Shown here in pieces: positions 62,997 to 64,000 of a stretch of DNA of 64,000 nt. The notes below the pieces were generated by a model. That model was given only the letters and a program-made list of their open reading frames with translations. It had not been told where the DNA came from and did no database searches. Position 1 is the first letter of the stretch. Each line of letters opens with the position of its first letter. The DNA comes from Deltaproteobacteria bacterium (lineage in GTDB: Bacteria; Desulfobacterota; Binatia; UBA9968), in NCBI GenBank assembly GCA_023250515.1, contig JAHFAO010000002.1, positions 2,361 through 66,360 of the forward strand. The letters are read 5' to 3'. The position numbers were made by a program, and so were the translations under genes.

Positions 62997-63958
62997 TAGC
63001 CCTGCGTGCTTTTGACGAACAACTCTTCTGTGGGGATCCTGCTCCGAATAAGGCCTTGTTCATAGGAATATTGAATAAGGGTTTCCAAATTTTTCCTATT
63101 AGCCCCACCTAGACCGTAGACCCATGGATCTTTGCCTAAAATCTCTTCCTGCTCCTCTAGCGCGTGACTAAACCAGGCAAGCGGAACCCGCCTGGGGTTT
63201 TCCATTCTTTCATAGGCTATCTCTTTCGCGCGATCAAATGCCTGCATTAGATTGGTCGCGACCCATGGGTACTGATCAACGATCTCTTGCTTGATGGCAG
63301 TGGTATGCATAATCGGGAAGATGCCCGTCCTCCTAAAGTAATCAAGCTCTAGTTCCTTGTAGTTTTCGAAGAGCCGTCTCACTCCCTTGTCCCGATCTAA
63401 AATTGGCTGGATCAATTCTGGGTGGATTAAAGCATCCAGATTTCCGTCTAACAGCATTTTCACCACGTTTTTTCCTGGCTGAATTCGCTGAAGTACGAGG
63501 TCTTTGGATGGAGTAAATTCCACGTCCTCCTCATCTTGAGTAAACCAATTCATTTTTTTATGAGGAACCTGGTAATCGTGCTCTAGAATACCCCGAATCC
63601 AGAGGTTGCTTGTAACCTGAAAAGTGCGCAGGCCTACCTTTCTGCCAATCAGGTCTGGGGGTTTCTCGATCCCCTTGGTGGCATTAAGAAAGATAAAGCC
63701 GTGGCGGAATCTCCGGTGGAGAAAGACGGGTATGGCCGTGAGGGGTTGGCCCGTGTCTTTAGCCAATAGATAATTGGACATGGAAAGCTCGCAGACGTCG
63801 AACTCGCGGTTGCGGATCATCCGCCAGTGACGAATATCCGAGTTCATGTTTGTCAGGACCGTGAGTTCAATGCCGTCAGGCTTTACGCTCCCGTCCATGA
63901 GCGCGCGCACGATTTCGTAATCCCCGCAGGCTAAGGTCAAATGGAGTTTTTTAGACAT
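62996..63958 (-). CDS. 4,5-dihydroxyphthalate decarboxylase-like / NMT1-type periplasmic-binding-fold protein
   Basis: The N-terminus 'LTLACGDYEIVRALMDGSVKPDGIELTVL...FDVCELSMSNYL' resembles proteins annotated as PhtD-like. Assigned from memory only. Confidence 0.5.
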   Translation of the reverse strand: MSKKLHLTLACGDYEIVRALMDGSVKPDGIELTVLTNMNSDIRHWRMIRNREFDVCELSMSNYLLAKDTGQPLTAIPVFLHRRFRHGFIFLNATKGIEKPPDLIGRKVGLRTFQVTSNLWIRGILEHDYQVPHKKMNWFTQDEEDVEFTPSKDLVLQRIQPGKNVVKMLLDGNLDALIHPELIQPILDRDKGVRRLFENYKELELDYFRRTGIFPIMHTTAIKQEIVDQYPWVATNLMQAFDRAKEIAYERMENPRRVPLAWFSHALEEQEEILGKDPWVYGLGGANRKNLETLIQYSYEQGLIRSRIPTEELFVKSTQG

Positions 63959-64000
63959 GCGGGCTTTTTATCACGGATTACATAGGTTTTTCAAATAAGT

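Noticed and set aside
1-64000. A window-wide scan by eye for CRISPR repeats, tRNA or rRNA genes, IS elements, integrases, reverse transcriptases and toxin-antitoxin pairs.
   Set aside because: I recognised none. The intergenic regions are short, apart from those described, and no regularly spaced direct repeats were seen. A tRNAscan, Infernal or ISfinder run would be needed to be certain.

Overview
The window is chromosomal DNA from a diderm bacterium and spans the replication-origin region (hemL-atpZIBE | DnaA boxes | dnaA | DnaA boxes plus AT-rich tract | dnaN). All calls come from reading the ORF translations and the DNA by eye. No search tool was run, so family names rest on motif and architecture recognition. 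I saw no rRNA, tRNA, CRISPR array, transposase, integrase or phage genes.

Gene content, left to right:
1. 78-8219 (-): nine tightly coupled genes. These are a GST-like protein, a free lipoyl domain, an alpha/beta hydrolase, a GT-C membrane glycosyltransferase, a polyprenyl-P GT2, a GT4 and three SAM methyltransferases.
2. 8445-12707 (+): tctC-tctC-tctB-tctA plus a Zn-ribbon mini-ORF.
3. 12985-20970 (-): type IV pilus block, in the order pilB, pilC, membrane-anchored sigma-54 activator, pilA, DUF2723-type GT-C/TPR protein.
4. ppdK and recO (-).
5. 24823-32245 (+): grpE-dnaK-dnaJ-lon-thiL.
6. larB, Zn-ribbon ORF, archease and an HD phosphohydrolase.
7. An XRE/S24 LexA-like repressor followed by imuB and dnaE2.
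8. degT-type aminotransferase, bicupin, gmhA and a deoxyhypusine-synthase-like protein.
9. EndoIII-like protein, alginate-lyase lipoprotein, endonuclease Q-like PHP protein, DUF62 SAM hydrolase, M50 protease and dCMP deaminase.
10. F0 genes atpZ-atpI-atpB-atpE, translationally coupled to hemL.
11. dnaA and dnaN.
12. ICL/PEP-mutase family enzyme, Lrp, gltB, an SDR and a PhtD-like protein.

Strongest candidates for new biology:
- A single polypeptide joining a PilS-like 6-TM sensor and PAS domain directly to a PilR-like sigma-54 AAA+/HTH output. It has no kinase core or receiver and sits next to a near-consensus sigma-54 pilA promoter.
- A terminator-gated DUF2723 GT-C directly after a Ser/Thr-rich pilin, which may be a pilin glycosyltransferase.
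- A non-canonical LexA-like repressor whose start codon lies inside a 23-bp perfect palindrome, upstream of an imuA-less imuB-dnaE2 cassette.
- An unexplained degT-bicupin-gmhA-DHS-like operon.
- A lipoyl-domain protein paired with a hydrolase whose nucleophile elbow carries Glu instead of Ser.
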